A stretch of DNA of 15,974 nt from NCBI GenBank assembly GCA_040081625.1, contig JBEBGD010000122.1, forward strand, positions 1-15,974, read 5' to 3'. Made by a program: the position numbers and the translations under genes. Positions 15,934 through 15,974 of this stretch are shown one piece after another. The notes below the pieces were generated by a model. It searched no databases. It saw nothing but the letters and a program-made list of their open reading frames with translations, and was not told the DNA's origin. Numbering within the stretch: position 1 is the first letter of the stretch; each line of letters opens with the position of its first letter. The DNA is from Chthoniobacteraceae bacterium (GTDB lineage: Bacteria > Verrucomicrobiota > Verrucomicrobiia > Chthoniobacterales > Chthoniobacteraceae).

Positions 15934-15974
15934 CGGTTCTTCACCTCAACTAAGTCGACCGCATTGAGCGGGAT

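Overview
GC-rich bacterial chromosomal window. Gene style and the near absence of Shine-Dalgarno motifs suggest Verrucomicrobiota/PVC, which is inference only. The genes in order are: 3' part of moaA (with an apparent +1 frameshift), miaB, beta-carbonic anhydrase, DegP/Q protease, D-2-hydroxyacid dehydrogenase, class-V aminotransferase, a pseudo-receiver/DUF4388-like protein, YjhG/YagF-type xylonate dehydratase, a three-gene MNIO (DUF692) RiPP cluster with a six-Cys bufferin-like secreted precursor, DJ-1/PfpI, SGNH esterase, a secreted ConA/DUF1080-like protein, a secreted alpha/beta hydrolase and a low-GC SIR2-like gene. Non-obvious structure includes: (i) a 32-bp-arm palindrome inserted in frame in miaB; (ii) an array of 10.5 x 21-bp repeats with an invariant dyad core that also reads as a heptad-repeat ORF; (iii) two hairpins bracketing the RiPP precursor gene; (iv) a consensus sigma-54 promoter; (v) two further periodic-arm intergenic palindromes. 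No rRNA, tRNA, CRISPR array or transposase was recognised. All calls come from motif recognition by eye, and no database searches were run.
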